Shown piece after piece: positions 35,890-44,918 of a stretch of DNA of 64,000 nucleotides; position 1 is the stretch's first letter, and each line of letters begins with the position of its first letter. Origin of the DNA: Erythrobacter sanguineus (lineage in GTDB: Bacteria; Pseudomonadota; Alphaproteobacteria; Sphingomonadales; Sphingomonadaceae); NCBI GenBank assembly GCA_945878845.1, contig CAMCUB010000003.1, forward strand, positions 62,482 through 126,481. The letters run 5' to 3'. The translations under genes and the position numbers were made by a program. The notes beneath the pieces were generated by a model. That model searched no databases. It was not told where the DNA came from and was given only the letters and a program-made list of their open reading frames with translations.

Positions 35890-37212
35890 ATGCCCCTCGA
35901 CACTCTCGCCCCGTCCCAGGTCTCGCGCCGTACGCTGCTCCGTGCGAGCGCGCTGTTTGCAGGGGGCGCGGCGCTTTCGGGCCTGCCGTTCGGCCGCGCG
36001 GCCTTTGCGCATGATGTCGCCGAAAACTGGCCCAATGTCGCAGCGCTCGCCGACAAATATGTGAGCGGGCGTAAGCTTGCCAACCTGTTCCTGACCTTCG
36101 GCTGGGGGCAGGAGGACCACGCGCACACCGTCGGCGGCGGGACGCTGGCGCTCAGCAAGCCCGCAGCAGTGGACGAGAACTCGCTCTTCCGCATCTATTC
36201 GATGTCCAAGCCGATCACCGGCATGGCGACGATGATCCTGATCGACGAGGGCAAGCTGGGCCTCGATCAGCCGGTCCACGAGATCCTCCCCGCTTTCCGC
36301 GACATGCGCGTGCTGGTCGATCCCGAAGGCCCGCTCGACGAGACGGTGCCCGCCAACCAGCCGATCACGATCCGCATGCTGCTGACCCACACCTCCGGGC
36401 TCGGCTACCAGATCATCAGCAAGGGGCCGCTGCAGAAGGCCTTCAACGAACAGGGCCTGATCGGCGGGCGGGTGAGCCGCATGCCGATCCCCGGGGTCGA
36501 GCCGGTCACCCCTGCGCCGGGCCTCGCGGTCTGGGCCGACCGCTTGGCCGAGCTGCCGCTGATGTACCAGCCGGCCACCAAGTGGAGCTATTCGGCGTCG
36601 ATCGACCTACTCGGCCGCGTGATCGAGGTGGTGAGCGGGATGGAATTCGAAGCCTTCCTCAAGAAGCGCATCTTCGAACCCTGCGGCATGACCAGCACCT
36701 TCATGCAGGTTCCCGCGAGCGAGGCGCACCGCCTCACCGACAATTACGGGATCATCGGCGGCACCGCCTTCCCGATCGATCCGGGCCCGGCATCGGTATT
36801 TCTCGATCCGCCCGAAGTGGCGGCGGGCGGCGGGGGCCTCGTGTCGAGCCCCAAGGACTATGACCGCTTCCTGCGGATGCTGCTCGGCTACGGCACGCTC
36901 GACGGCAAGTTCGTGATGAGCGAGAACGCGGTGCGCGTCGGCACCTCGGACCTGATCCCCGCCAGCGTCGACCTCAAGGGCAGCTGGCTCGAGGGTGAGG
37001 GCCACGGCGCGGGCGGGCGTTCGAAGGGTTCGAGCTTCGGCTGGGGCGGAGCGGCGGGCACGCTCGGCGCGGTCGATTTCGACCTGAAGCTGCGCTCGTG
37101 CCTGTGGACTCAATACATGCCGTCCGAAGCCTTCCCGATCCGCGACGAATTCCTCGCCGCGATGGAGAAGGATCTGACCGCGATGCGCGCCATGAAGAAG
37201 ATGGCCGCCTGA
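35890..37212 (+). CDS. serine hydrolase, beta-lactamase/esterase family (Tat signal)
   Basis: ATG at 35890. SRRTLLRASALFAGGAA twin-arginine signal. SxxK motif YSMSKPIT. Confidence 0.8.
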   Translation: MPLDTLAPSQVSRRTLLRASALFAGGAALSGLPFGRAAFAHDVAENWPNVAALADKYVSGRKLANLFLTFGWGQEDHAHTVGGGTLALSKPAAVDENSLFRIYSMSKPITGMATMILIDEGKLGLDQPVHEILPAFRDMRVLVDPEGPLDETVPANQPITIRMLLTHTSGLGYQIISKGPLQKAFNEQGLIGGRVSRMPIPGVEPVTPAPGLAVWADRLAELPLMYQPATKWSYSASIDLLGRVIEVVSGMEFEAFLKKRIFEPCGMTSTFMQVPASEAHRLTDNYGIIGGTAFPIDPGPASVFLDPPEVAAGGGGLVSSPKDYDRFLRMLLGYGTLDGKFVMSENAVRVGTSDLIPASVDLKGSWLEGEGHGAGGRSKGSSFGWGGAAGTLGAVDFDLKLRSCLWTQYMPSEAFPIRDEFLAAMEKDLTAMRAMKKMAA

Positions 37213-38108
37213 TGCACGCGCCCGCCCCTGCCGCCGGGCTGATGGCCTTCGCGGGCTCGCCGCTCGACCGGGCCGATCACATCCGCACCGATGCCGAGGC
37301 GCTGGCGGGCCTGATGAACTGGCGCGCGAAGGTGCTTCTGCTCGACGGGCTGCTGCCGGGGGTGGACGAGACCGGCGGCCTCGTCTGGGGCTCGCTCGCT
37401 GACGTCGCCGAGGATGCCCAGCTGGTGTTCCTCGGGATGCTCGATGGCAAGGCGCACTTCGCCCCCGTCCCGGGCGAGGGCGCGGACGGCCCCGCCTATG
37501 CCATGCCGCGCGCGTGGGCGCTGATGACCCAGCTCTCGCCGCCCGACCTTGCGATCTATGGCGGCGCAAGGAGCCTTGTCGACTGGCACGCGCGCCACCG
37601 CTTCTGTGCCCGCTGCGGCTCGGCGACCAAGCTCGTCAAAGGCGGCTGGCAGCGGCACTGCGACGGCTGCGGCGCGGACCATTTCCCGCGCACCGACCCG
37701 GTGACGATCATGCTGGTCGAGCATGAAGACAAGCTCCTCCTCGGCCGCCAGCCGCGCTTCCCGCCCAAGATGTATTCGGCGCTCGCCGGCTTCGTCGAAC
37801 CGGGCGAGACCATCGAGGAAGCGGTCGCGCGCGAAATCCATGAAGAGGCAGGGGTGCGGGTGCGCGACGTGCGCTATATCGCCAGCCAGCCCTGGCCCTT
37901 CCCGAGCCAGCTGATGATCGGCTGCACCTCAGTCGCGGACGATCCCGAACTCACCATCGACACCACCGAGCTCGAGGACGCGCGCTGGTTCACCCGCGCC
38001 GAGCTGGAAGAGGCACGCGCGGCGGGCGAGGCGGGGACAGACCTCCTCTACTTCCCGCGCCCCTTCGCCATCGCGCACCATCTCGTGTGCTGGTGGCTCG
38101 ACCGGTGA
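37212..38108 (+). CDS. nudC: NAD+ diphosphatase (NADH pyrophosphatase)
   Basis: ATG overlaps the upstream stop. Zn ribbon CARCGS...CDGCG. Nudix box GFVEPGETIEEAVAREIHEEAGV. SQPWPFP motif. Confidence 0.85.
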   Translation: MHAPAPAAGLMAFAGSPLDRADHIRTDAEALAGLMNWRAKVLLLDGLLPGVDETGGLVWGSLADVAEDAQLVFLGMLDGKAHFAPVPGEGADGPAYAMPRAWALMTQLSPPDLAIYGGARSLVDWHARHRFCARCGSATKLVKGGWQRHCDGCGADHFPRTDPVTIMLVEHEDKLLLGRQPRFPPKMYSALAGFVEPGETIEEAVAREIHEEAGVRVRDVRYIASQPWPFPSQLMIGCTSVADDPELTIDTTELEDARWFTRAELEEARAAGEAGTDLLYFPRPFAIAHHLVCWWLDR

Positions 38109-38797
38109 CCGCGCAGACGCTCACCATCGACATCTATTCCGATGTCATGTGCCCGTGGTGCCTGATCGGCTATGGTCAGCTGACCAAGGCCTTGCAGGAA
38201 CTCGAAGGCGAGATCGCGGCGGAAATCCGCTGGCGGCCCTTCGAGCTGAACCCGCAGATGCCTCCGCAAGGCGAGGAGCAGGAGGCCCACCTCCGGCGCA
38301 AATATGGCCGCCCGGCCGAGGAAGGCGCGCGCATCCGCGGCCAGATGAAGGCGATTGCCGAGGGGGCGGGGGTGTCGCTGTCCTATGAGGGTGAGGGCGA
38401 GGCTCCCCCTGCGATGATGTGGAACACCCGCGATTGCCACAAGCTGCTGACCTTCGCGCTGGAGCATGCAGGCCCCGAGGTGCAGACCGCGCTGAAGCTC
38501 GCGCTGTTCCGCGCCCATTTCAACGAGCGCAAGCCGCTGGGTGACCGCGACCTGCTGCTCGACATCGCCGCCAGCGTCGGCCTGCACCGGGCGGCAGCGA
38601 AAGCCGCGCTGGACGACCCCGAACTCGAAGCCCGCGTGCTCGTCGAGGAGGCGCAGGCGTGGGACATGAACATCTCGGGCGTCCCGGCGATGATCGTCGA
38701 GAACAAATTTCTCATTCCCGGCGCGCAGGCCCCCGAGGTCTATGTCAATGCGCTGCGGCGGGTGGCCGAGAAGTCGCGGGCGGCGGCGGCGGGTTAA
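38105..38797 (+). CDS. DsbA-family oxidoreductase (FrnE/HCCA-isomerase-like, cytoplasmic type)
   Basis: Probable GTG at 38105 overlapping the nudC stop (GTGA). IDIYSDVMCPWCLIGY. Confidence 0.75.
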   Translation: MTAQTLTIDIYSDVMCPWCLIGYGQLTKALQELEGEIAAEIRWRPFELNPQMPPQGEEQEAHLRRKYGRPAEEGARIRGQMKAIAEGAGVSLSYEGEGEAPPAMMWNTRDCHKLLTFALEHAGPEVQTALKLALFRAHFNERKPLGDRDLLLDIAASVGLHRAAAKAALDDPELEARVLVEEAQAWDMNISGVPAMIVENKFLIPGAQAPEVYVNALRRVAEKSRAAAAG

Positions 38798-39186
38798 ACC
38801 AGCCCCAACCGCTCCAACTTCATCGCCAGCTTGCCGGGCAGGGCATCGCCGATGTCCTCGCCCTCGGCGACGTCTTTGGGGGCCTTGTCGTCGGTGAGGT
38901 AGCGCCAACCCTGATGTGCGCGCTTGGGGATCTGGTGGACGCGGATCAGCTTGGGTTCGAGCACGATGTCCCAGCGCCCGTCCTCGGTTTTCTCGAAGCC
39001 GAGAATGGCCGAACGCGCGACGATCGCGTGGTTGATGATCCAGTAGAGTGACCCGCCGACGCATTCCTCGTGCCGCGTGGGCCGGTTGCGGGTGGTGAGC
39101 GCGATCGCGCCGCGTCCCTCATACCAGCTTTCGAGATGCGCGTAGCTCTTCGCCCCGAAGGCGATCTTGGTCAGGTGAAGCGGCAT
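38794..39186 (-). CDS. DUF1489 domain protein
   Basis: ATG at 39186 (MPLHLTKIAFGAKSYAHLESW...GGSLYWI...AHQGWRYL). Confidence 0.6.
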   Translation of the reverse strand: MPLHLTKIAFGAKSYAHLESWYEGRGAIALTTRNRPTRHEECVGGSLYWIINHAIVARSAILGFEKTEDGRWDIVLEPKLIRVHQIPKRAHQGWRYLTDDKAPKDVAEGEDIGDALPGKLAMKLERLGLV

Positions 39187-39217
39187 GGGAGCCTTGTGTT
39201 CGATCCGCAGGGCCGAG

Positions 39218-39532
39218 TCAAAGATCATTGTCCTCGGCAAAGGCCAGCATCTCGGCGTTGATAGCCTCGGCCGAGGCTTGGTTTTGCGTGACGAAATACA
39301 GGTCCACCGCTTCGACATCGTCCCTGAAGGTACGAAAGATGAGTGCGGTCGCCGTGCCCTCGAATCGAACCTTGATCTGGGTTTCGTGACCCATGCCGAT
39401 CTCGGCCTGCTCGACCACATACATCAAAAAGTCGGCGTCGAGACCGATCTTGAGATTGGCTTCGCAGCGGATCAGGAATGGCTCAGCGCGCGCCAGATCG
39501 AAGTTCATCGACGCTTCGTGACTATCGTTCAC
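39218..39532 (-). CDS. hypothetical small protein
   Basis: Probable GTG at 39532, preceded by GGAGAGG. An alternative ATG is at 39508. Lower GC. I recognise no motif. Confidence 0.4.
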   Translation of the reverse strand: MNDSHEASMNFDLARAEPFLIRCEANLKIGLDADFLMYVVEQAEIGMGHETQIKVRFEGTATALIFRTFRDDVEAVDLYFVTQNQASAEAINAEMLAFAEDNDL

Positions 39533-39579
39533 AACCCTCTCCTCGGATGGGCCCGCAGTCACGCGCCGCGTCCGCGAAG

Positions 39580-40953
39580 TCAACCGGAGAGGTATTCGTC
39601 CAGCGTCAGATGCAGCCGCCGGATGCGCGCTTCCTGATAGTTGCCGAGCGTCTGTGCGCCTTTGCGCGATGCCTTCGCGCCATCACGCTGGAGCTTGAGG
39701 TTCTCGGTATCCTGATCGAGGATTTCGGCGAGCGCGAAGCCGGGGACGGTGGTGTAGCTGTCCTCCACGCCGAGCCGGATCGGGGTGGCGGGGGCAGGGC
39801 GCTCGCCGCTGGCGGGGAGGGGTTGCAACACCAGAATTTCGTGCAGGCACTCGTCCGGCCCGAGTGGGCGGAAGCGGTAGCACAGGCGGATGTTGATGCC
39901 GGGGAAGAAGAAGGCATTGGGGAAGAGGAAGTATTCGATCGAGTCCATCATCTCGGTGGTCGAGACGCCGCTGAGGTCGGTGCCGAAAGCCGCGCCCAGT
40001 TCCTCGCGCAGGAGCTTGGCATGTTCGGCGCGGGCGGAGGCACCCTCGGGCAGCGTGGCAGGATCGCGGCCCAGCTTGCCGAACAGCGTCTGTTCGCTCA
40101 CCTCCTGCCTGAGGTGGGGCGAGGGCACGCCCACGGCATGGATGAAGCGCGACACGTGCCTGCCAAAGATGTCGTACTGCGCGTTCGCATCGGCGGCGGT
40201 GTAGACGGCCTGCGCATGGGTCTCGAGCACGTGGAAGGCTTCGAGAAATGCCTCCATCGCCATCTTCCAGTTGGCGGGCAGCACCTTCTCGGTGTGGAGC
40301 GCGACATAGCGGTCGTGCATCGGCCAGAGCTTGAAGTGCTCCGGCATGACTTCGAGCTGCTCGGCGAGCGGCGGGGGATCGGCGCCCATGTGGACGAACA
40401 CGAACCCGCCCCAGGTGTCGCAGGCCACTTCGTCGAGGCCGAAGTTCTCCTCCGACACGTGAGGGAAGTCCCAGCGGCAGGGCACCTCGCGCAAAGTCCC
40501 GTCGAGGTTCCAGCTCATCCCGTGGAAGGGGCAGCGGATATTGGCGCGGCGCACCCCGCGCGAGCCTTCGGCGGCGAACTTCATCCCCCGGTGCGGGCAG
40601 GAATTGACGAAGGCGCGGATCGCCATGTCGGCCCCGCGCACCACCAGCACCGAATGGTGGCCGACGTCATAGACATAGCGGTCGCCCGGATCGGGAATAT
40701 GCTCCTCGCGGCACGCCCATTGCCAGACATTGGGCCACAGGCGCTCCATCTCGATCTCGTGGAAGGTCGGATCGATGTAACGGGCGAAGGGCAGGTCTTC
40801 GTTTCCGAGGAAGGTGTAGGCCTCTTGGCGCATGGCGGCGGGGGGATTGTCCCCGTCAGCGTCGAGGATGTCCTGCATCGAAGGCCCCGGGCAACGCGCC
40901 TCTCCGGGGGCGAGTGCGGGGTCGGAGGGGGCGGTGAGGTCGGGCTTGCTCAC
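39580..40953 (-). CDS. Rieske-type aromatic ring-hydroxylating oxygenase, alpha subunit
   Basis: Rieske motif CPHRGMKF...CPFHGMSW. GTG start overlaps the upstream stop (GTGA). Confidence 0.85.
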   Translation of the reverse strand: MSKPDLTAPSDPALAPGEARCPGPSMQDILDADGDNPPAAMRQEAYTFLGNEDLPFARYIDPTFHEIEMERLWPNVWQWACREEHIPDPGDRYVYDVGHHSVLVVRGADMAIRAFVNSCPHRGMKFAAEGSRGVRRANIRCPFHGMSWNLDGTLREVPCRWDFPHVSEENFGLDEVACDTWGGFVFVHMGADPPPLAEQLEVMPEHFKLWPMHDRYVALHTEKVLPANWKMAMEAFLEAFHVLETHAQAVYTAADANAQYDIFGRHVSRFIHAVGVPSPHLRQEVSEQTLFGKLGRDPATLPEGASARAEHAKLLREELGAAFGTDLSGVSTTEMMDSIEYFLFPNAFFFPGINIRLCYRFRPLGPDECLHEILVLQPLPASGERPAPATPIRLGVEDSYTTVPGFALAEILDQDTENLKLQRDGAKASRKGAQTLGNYQEARIRRLHLTLDEYLSG

Positions 40954-41450
40954 GTCATGGCCTCGCGATTGTAAAGCGGATCGTCAGGCTTGCGATGGCC
41001 GAGGATGAAGGGCGCGCCTGCCAGCATCGCGTCGCTCGTCGGATCGTCGCGCAACCAGTCGACCAGTTCGGAGCGATAAGCGATCTTCCAGACGCCTTGG
41101 CGGCGCTCGTAACGGTCGACATAGCGGCCCGCGATGAACTGGTCGCGCGGGGCTCCGTCATCGCCCGCGACGCGGTGGTAGGCCTGATAATAGACCTCGC
41201 CGAACGCTTCGTCCTCACCCGCAAAATCGATCAGGTGCTGGCCGAGCATGTGGTGGTTGCGCGCATGATCCTTCAGCGCCGCCATGCAGAACGCCGCGAA
41301 GTCTGCGGGGCTGCCGCTGAAAATCCCGTATTCGCACTGCGCCTCGGGCCAGAACTGCGCTTCGAGCAGCGCACCGTCCAGCCGGTCCAGCCCGCGCATG
41401 TAGAGCGCGGCCAAGTCGATAATCGCGAAACGGTCGTCGGCGGTGGGCAT
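40950..41450 (-). CDS. NTF2/SnoaL-like fold protein
   Basis: 166 aa. IIDLAALYMRGLDRLD...YYQAYH... is typical of SnoaL-like or oxygenase-beta-like proteins. Confidence 0.65.
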   Translation of the reverse strand: MPTADDRFAIIDLAALYMRGLDRLDGALLEAQFWPEAQCEYGIFSGSPADFAAFCMAALKDHARNHHMLGQHLIDFAGEDEAFGEVYYQAYHRVAGDDGAPRDQFIAGRYVDRYERRQGVWKIAYRSELVDWLRDDPTSDAMLAGAPFILGHRKPDDPLYNREAMT

Positions 41451-41451
41451 C

Positions 41452-42210
41452 TCAGGCGATACTCAAGCCGCCATCGACGATGAACGGCGCGCCGGTCGCA
41501 AACTTGCTCTCGTCGCTGGCGAGATAGACCACGAGGTGCGCGATATCATCGACCTCGCCCATGCGGCCGATGGGTTGCGCCACCGAGAACGCCGCGCGGG
41601 TCGCGTCGGGATCGGGGGTGCCGGCGATGACGCTCTCCACGTTAGGCGTAAGGATCGTGCCCGGCTGCACCGAGTTCACCCGCACCCCGTTCTGCTCGCG
41701 CGCGCAGTAGAGTGCGATGCTCTTGGTCAGCGTCACCACCGCCGCCTTGGCGCTATTATAGGCGGCAAGATCGGGCGAGACCTTGTTGCCCGCGGCGCTC
41801 GAGAAGTTGACGATGGAGCCGCCGCCGCCCTTCGCCATCAAGGGGATCGCCGCCTTGCAGCCCATGAAGATCGAATCCACATCGACCGTGTAGCAGCGCT
41901 TGAAATCCTCGGGCGAGATGTCGGCGATCGAGCCAAACACGGTGATCGCAGCATTGTTGACCAGCACGTCGAGCCGGCCATGCGAAGCTTCGACCTCGGC
42001 GATCACTTCCTGCCAGCGGGGCCAGTCGGTGACGTCCTGCGGCAGGTAATCGCAGCCCAGCTCTGCCGCCGTCGCGCGGCCTGCCGCCTCGTCGATATCG
42101 GAGATGATCACGGTCGCGCCCTCGGCCATCAGCGCCTTGGTCGCCGCCTTGCCCAGACCCATCGCGCCGCCTGTCAGCAGCACCACCTTGCCGCCTACCC
42201 GTCCTGCCAT
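41452..42210 (-). CDS. SDR family oxidoreductase
   Basis: ATG at 42210 (MAGRVGGKVVLLTGGAMGLGKA). Catalytic YNSAK motif. Confidence 0.85.
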   Translation of the reverse strand: MAGRVGGKVVLLTGGAMGLGKAATKALMAEGATVIISDIDEAAGRATAAELGCDYLPQDVTDWPRWQEVIAEVEASHGRLDVLVNNAAITVFGSIADISPEDFKRCYTVDVDSIFMGCKAAIPLMAKGGGGSIVNFSSAAGNKVSPDLAAYNSAKAAVVTLTKSIALYCAREQNGVRVNSVQPGTILTPNVESVIAGTPDPDATRAAFSVAQPIGRMGEVDDIAHLVVYLASDESKFATGAPFIVDGGLSIA

Positions 42211-42245
42211 CACTCTCTCCCTCTTGTCGTTGGGCAAGAGGGCTA

Positions 42246-43691
42246 TCAGCCGGTCAGACCCATCACCACTGCCAAACCTAAGAAGGCGAAGAAGCCCATC
42301 GAATCCGTGATCATGGTCACGAACACGGATGAAGCGACCGCCGGGTCCTGATCGAGCCGCTCGAAGATCACCGGCACCAGCACGCCCGCAAGGCCGGCAA
42401 TGGCGATGTTGATGGTAATGGCGAGCGCGATCACCACGCCCATCATCGGCGAGAACAGGAAGCCCGCCGCCAGCCCGATCAACACCGCGATGGTGCCGCC
42501 ATTGAGCAGCGCCACGCGAAACTCGCGCCACAGGATACGGCGGGTGTTGGAGCGGGTCAGCTGGTTGGTCGCAATCGCGCGGACCGCCACCGCCATGGTC
42601 TGCGTGCCGGCATTGCCGCCGATGCTGGCGACGATCGGCATGAGGATCGCGAGCGCCACCAGCTGCTCGATTGCCGCGCCGAAAAAGGCGATGATCGAGG
42701 AGGCAACCACCGCCGTCCCGAGATTGGCGATCAGCCAGCGCACGCGGCTGGAATAGGCCTCGCGCAGCGGCTCGTTGATGTCGCCGTCACCCGCACCCGA
42801 CATCAGCAGCGCGTCTTCCGCCGCCTCTTCGGAGATGATGTGGACGATATCGTCGACCGTCATCTGCCCGACCAGCCGGCCACTGTCATCCACCACCGCA
42901 GCCGAGATCAGCGCGTATTTCTGGAACATGAGCGCGGCTTCTTCCTGATCCATCGTCACCGGAATCAGGGTCTGGTCGCGCTTCATCACGTCGGTCAGCT
43001 TGACGTTGCGCGGCGTCGTCAAAATCCAGTTCAATGCGCAGGTGCCGACCGGATGGTGCCGCTCGTCGATCACGAAGACTTCGAAGAAGTCATGCTCCAG
43101 ATCGCCGTCCTCGCGCAGATAATCGATGAGATCGCCGACGGTGAGATGCTCGGGCACCGCCACGAAGTGCCGGCTCATCAGGCGCCCGGCGGTCTCCTCA
43201 GGGTAAGCGAGCGCGCTCGAGACCGCCTCGCGCGTTTCCGGCTCGAGCTCGGCCATGACCGCGCGCTGATCGGCTTCGTCCAAGTCCTCGATCAGCTGCA
43301 CCGCATCGTCGGTGTCGAGCTGTTCGGCGATGGTCGCGACGGCCTGTGCGGACAGGGCGTCCATCAGGTCCTCGCGGACGTAGTCGTTGAGTTCGGCGAT
43401 CACGTCGCCGGTCATCAGGTCGCTGATGGCGGAAGCCAGCGCGGCGCGTTCGCGCTTTTCCAGCAGTTCGATCAGGTCGGCGATGTCGGCGGCGTGGAGC
43501 GGCTCGACCAGATCATAGACCGCGCCCTTGTCGCCCGCTTCCAGCGCATCGTGCACCGCGCTGACGAAGGAGGGCTTGAGGCGGTTTTCCTCGTCATGGC
43601 GTTCATCATCGACCCGGTCGTCCGGGCGCACCTCGACCTCACCGGGTTCGGCGATCAGCAGATCGTCATCTGGAGTGAAGTCGTCGGCCAT
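42246..43691 (-). CDS. mgtE: magnesium transporter
   Basis: MgtE N-domain, CBS pair, and C-terminal 5-TM domain (GNAGTQT, ...DSMGFFAFLG). Confidence 0.9.
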   Translation of the reverse strand: MADDFTPDDDLLIAEPGEVEVRPDDRVDDERHDEENRLKPSFVSAVHDALEAGDKGAVYDLVEPLHAADIADLIELLEKRERAALASAISDLMTGDVIAELNDYVREDLMDALSAQAVATIAEQLDTDDAVQLIEDLDEADQRAVMAELEPETREAVSSALAYPEETAGRLMSRHFVAVPEHLTVGDLIDYLREDGDLEHDFFEVFVIDERHHPVGTCALNWILTTPRNVKLTDVMKRDQTLIPVTMDQEEAALMFQKYALISAAVVDDSGRLVGQMTVDDIVHIISEEAAEDALLMSGAGDGDINEPLREAYSSRVRWLIANLGTAVVASSIIAFFGAAIEQLVALAILMPIVASIGGNAGTQTMAVAVRAIATNQLTRSNTRRILWREFRVALLNGGTIAVLIGLAAGFLFSPMMGVVIALAITINIAIAGLAGVLVPVIFERLDQDPAVASSVFVTMITDSMGFFAFLGLAVVMGLTG

Positions 43692-43794
43692 GTCGGCGGT
43701 TTAGGGAGGGGGTGATGAAAAGCAAGTCGGGGAGGGTGACAGGCGGGGAATGGCTGCTAAAAGCGCGGGCAAATTCATTCAGGAGAACACCGAA

Positions 43795-44256
43795 ATGGCT
43801 GAAACGCTGACCTTCACCCTCGACACCGGCGACGGCGAAGCCAAGGACGTTGTCATCAAGCTGCGCCCCGATCTGGCCCCCGGCCATGTCGCGCGCATCA
43901 CCGAGCTGGCGAGCGAAGGCTTCTATGACGGCGTGATCTTCCACCGCGTCATCAACGGCTTCATGGCGCAGGGCGGCGATCCGACCGGCACCGGCATGGG
44001 CGGCAGCGACAAGCCCGACCTCGCGGCCGAGTTCAACGCCGAGCCCCACGTCGAAGGCGTGTGCTCGATGGCCCGCGCGCAGAACCCCAACAGCGCCAAC
44101 TCGCAGTTCTTCATCTGCCTCGACGACGCGCGCTTCCTCGACAAGCAGTACACCGTCTGGGGCCAGGTCACGAGCGGCATGGAACACGTCCACGCCCTCC
44201 CCAAGGGCGAGCCGCCGCGTGCGCCGGGCAAGATCGTCAAGGCGACTGTCGCCTGA
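43795..44256 (+). CDS. peptidylprolyl isomerase (cyclophilin type)
   Basis: ATG at 43795, 8 nt after AGGAGA. FHRVINGFMAQGGDPTGTGMGGS. Confidence 0.9.
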   Translation: MAETLTFTLDTGDGEAKDVVIKLRPDLAPGHVARITELASEGFYDGVIFHRVINGFMAQGGDPTGTGMGGSDKPDLAAEFNAEPHVEGVCSMARAQNPNSANSQFFICLDDARFLDKQYTVWGQVTSGMEHVHALPKGEPPRAPGKIVKATVA

Positions 44257-44261
44257 CGACA

Positions 44262-44852
44262 ATGCCGACCGACCGGATCAGGCGCGCGATCAAACAGATC
44301 ACGGAAAAGCCTGATCCGGCGCGGTTGGCGCAGATTGCCGACCTCGCAAGCCGCGCCTCGGATGCCGCGGAGACGAGGCGCGCTCCGCTTGAGCCGATCA
44401 TGGACGAGTTGGAGGCCCTGACCGGCTTTCGCGAAGGACCCCGTTATTGGGCGACCTTTCACGGCGGCGGCGGGCCGGAAGAATTCGCGGCAGTGATTGC
44501 GCTTCCTCTGCCGGAACCCATCATCGATCTGGACCCTGCCGAGATCGGCGCCTTGCTTGCATTTGAGGAAAGCGTTCGGCTCGGAGATCAGGCGGAATAC
44601 CAGCGCATTCTGCAATATTTGTCAGCCTGTCTCGGCGACGCGTTCAACACTGACCTCATCTATTGGCCGCATCGCGAAATGAATGCGGCGGAACTCCTCG
44701 ACGAGGTCATCAAGCGTCGCGAAATTCTTCGCGAAAAGGGTATTGCGGGCCTTCGCGCCTATGAGCGCGGGCTGGCGGAGGAGGTCATGGCATCGGGCGA
44801 TGCACCGCTGTGGGCGCAACAATGGGCCGAGGGCGTGCTGGCGCGCGATTGA
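44262..44852 (+). CDS. hypothetical protein (orphan, lower GC)
   Basis: ATG at 44262 (MPTDRIRRAIKQI) within ORF 44061..44852. I recognise no motif. Confidence 0.45.
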   Translation: MPTDRIRRAIKQITEKPDPARLAQIADLASRASDAAETRRAPLEPIMDELEALTGFREGPRYWATFHGGGGPEEFAAVIALPLPEPIIDLDPAEIGALLAFEESVRLGDQAEYQRILQYLSACLGDAFNTDLIYWPHREMNAAELLDEVIKRREILREKGIAGLRAYERGLAEEVMASGDAPLWAQQWAEGVLARD

Positions 44853-44918
44853 ACCCTTTGTCGATATGGGTTAGCACCCGCCCTACATGACCATTCCCGC
44901 AGTTCTGACACGCCTCGG

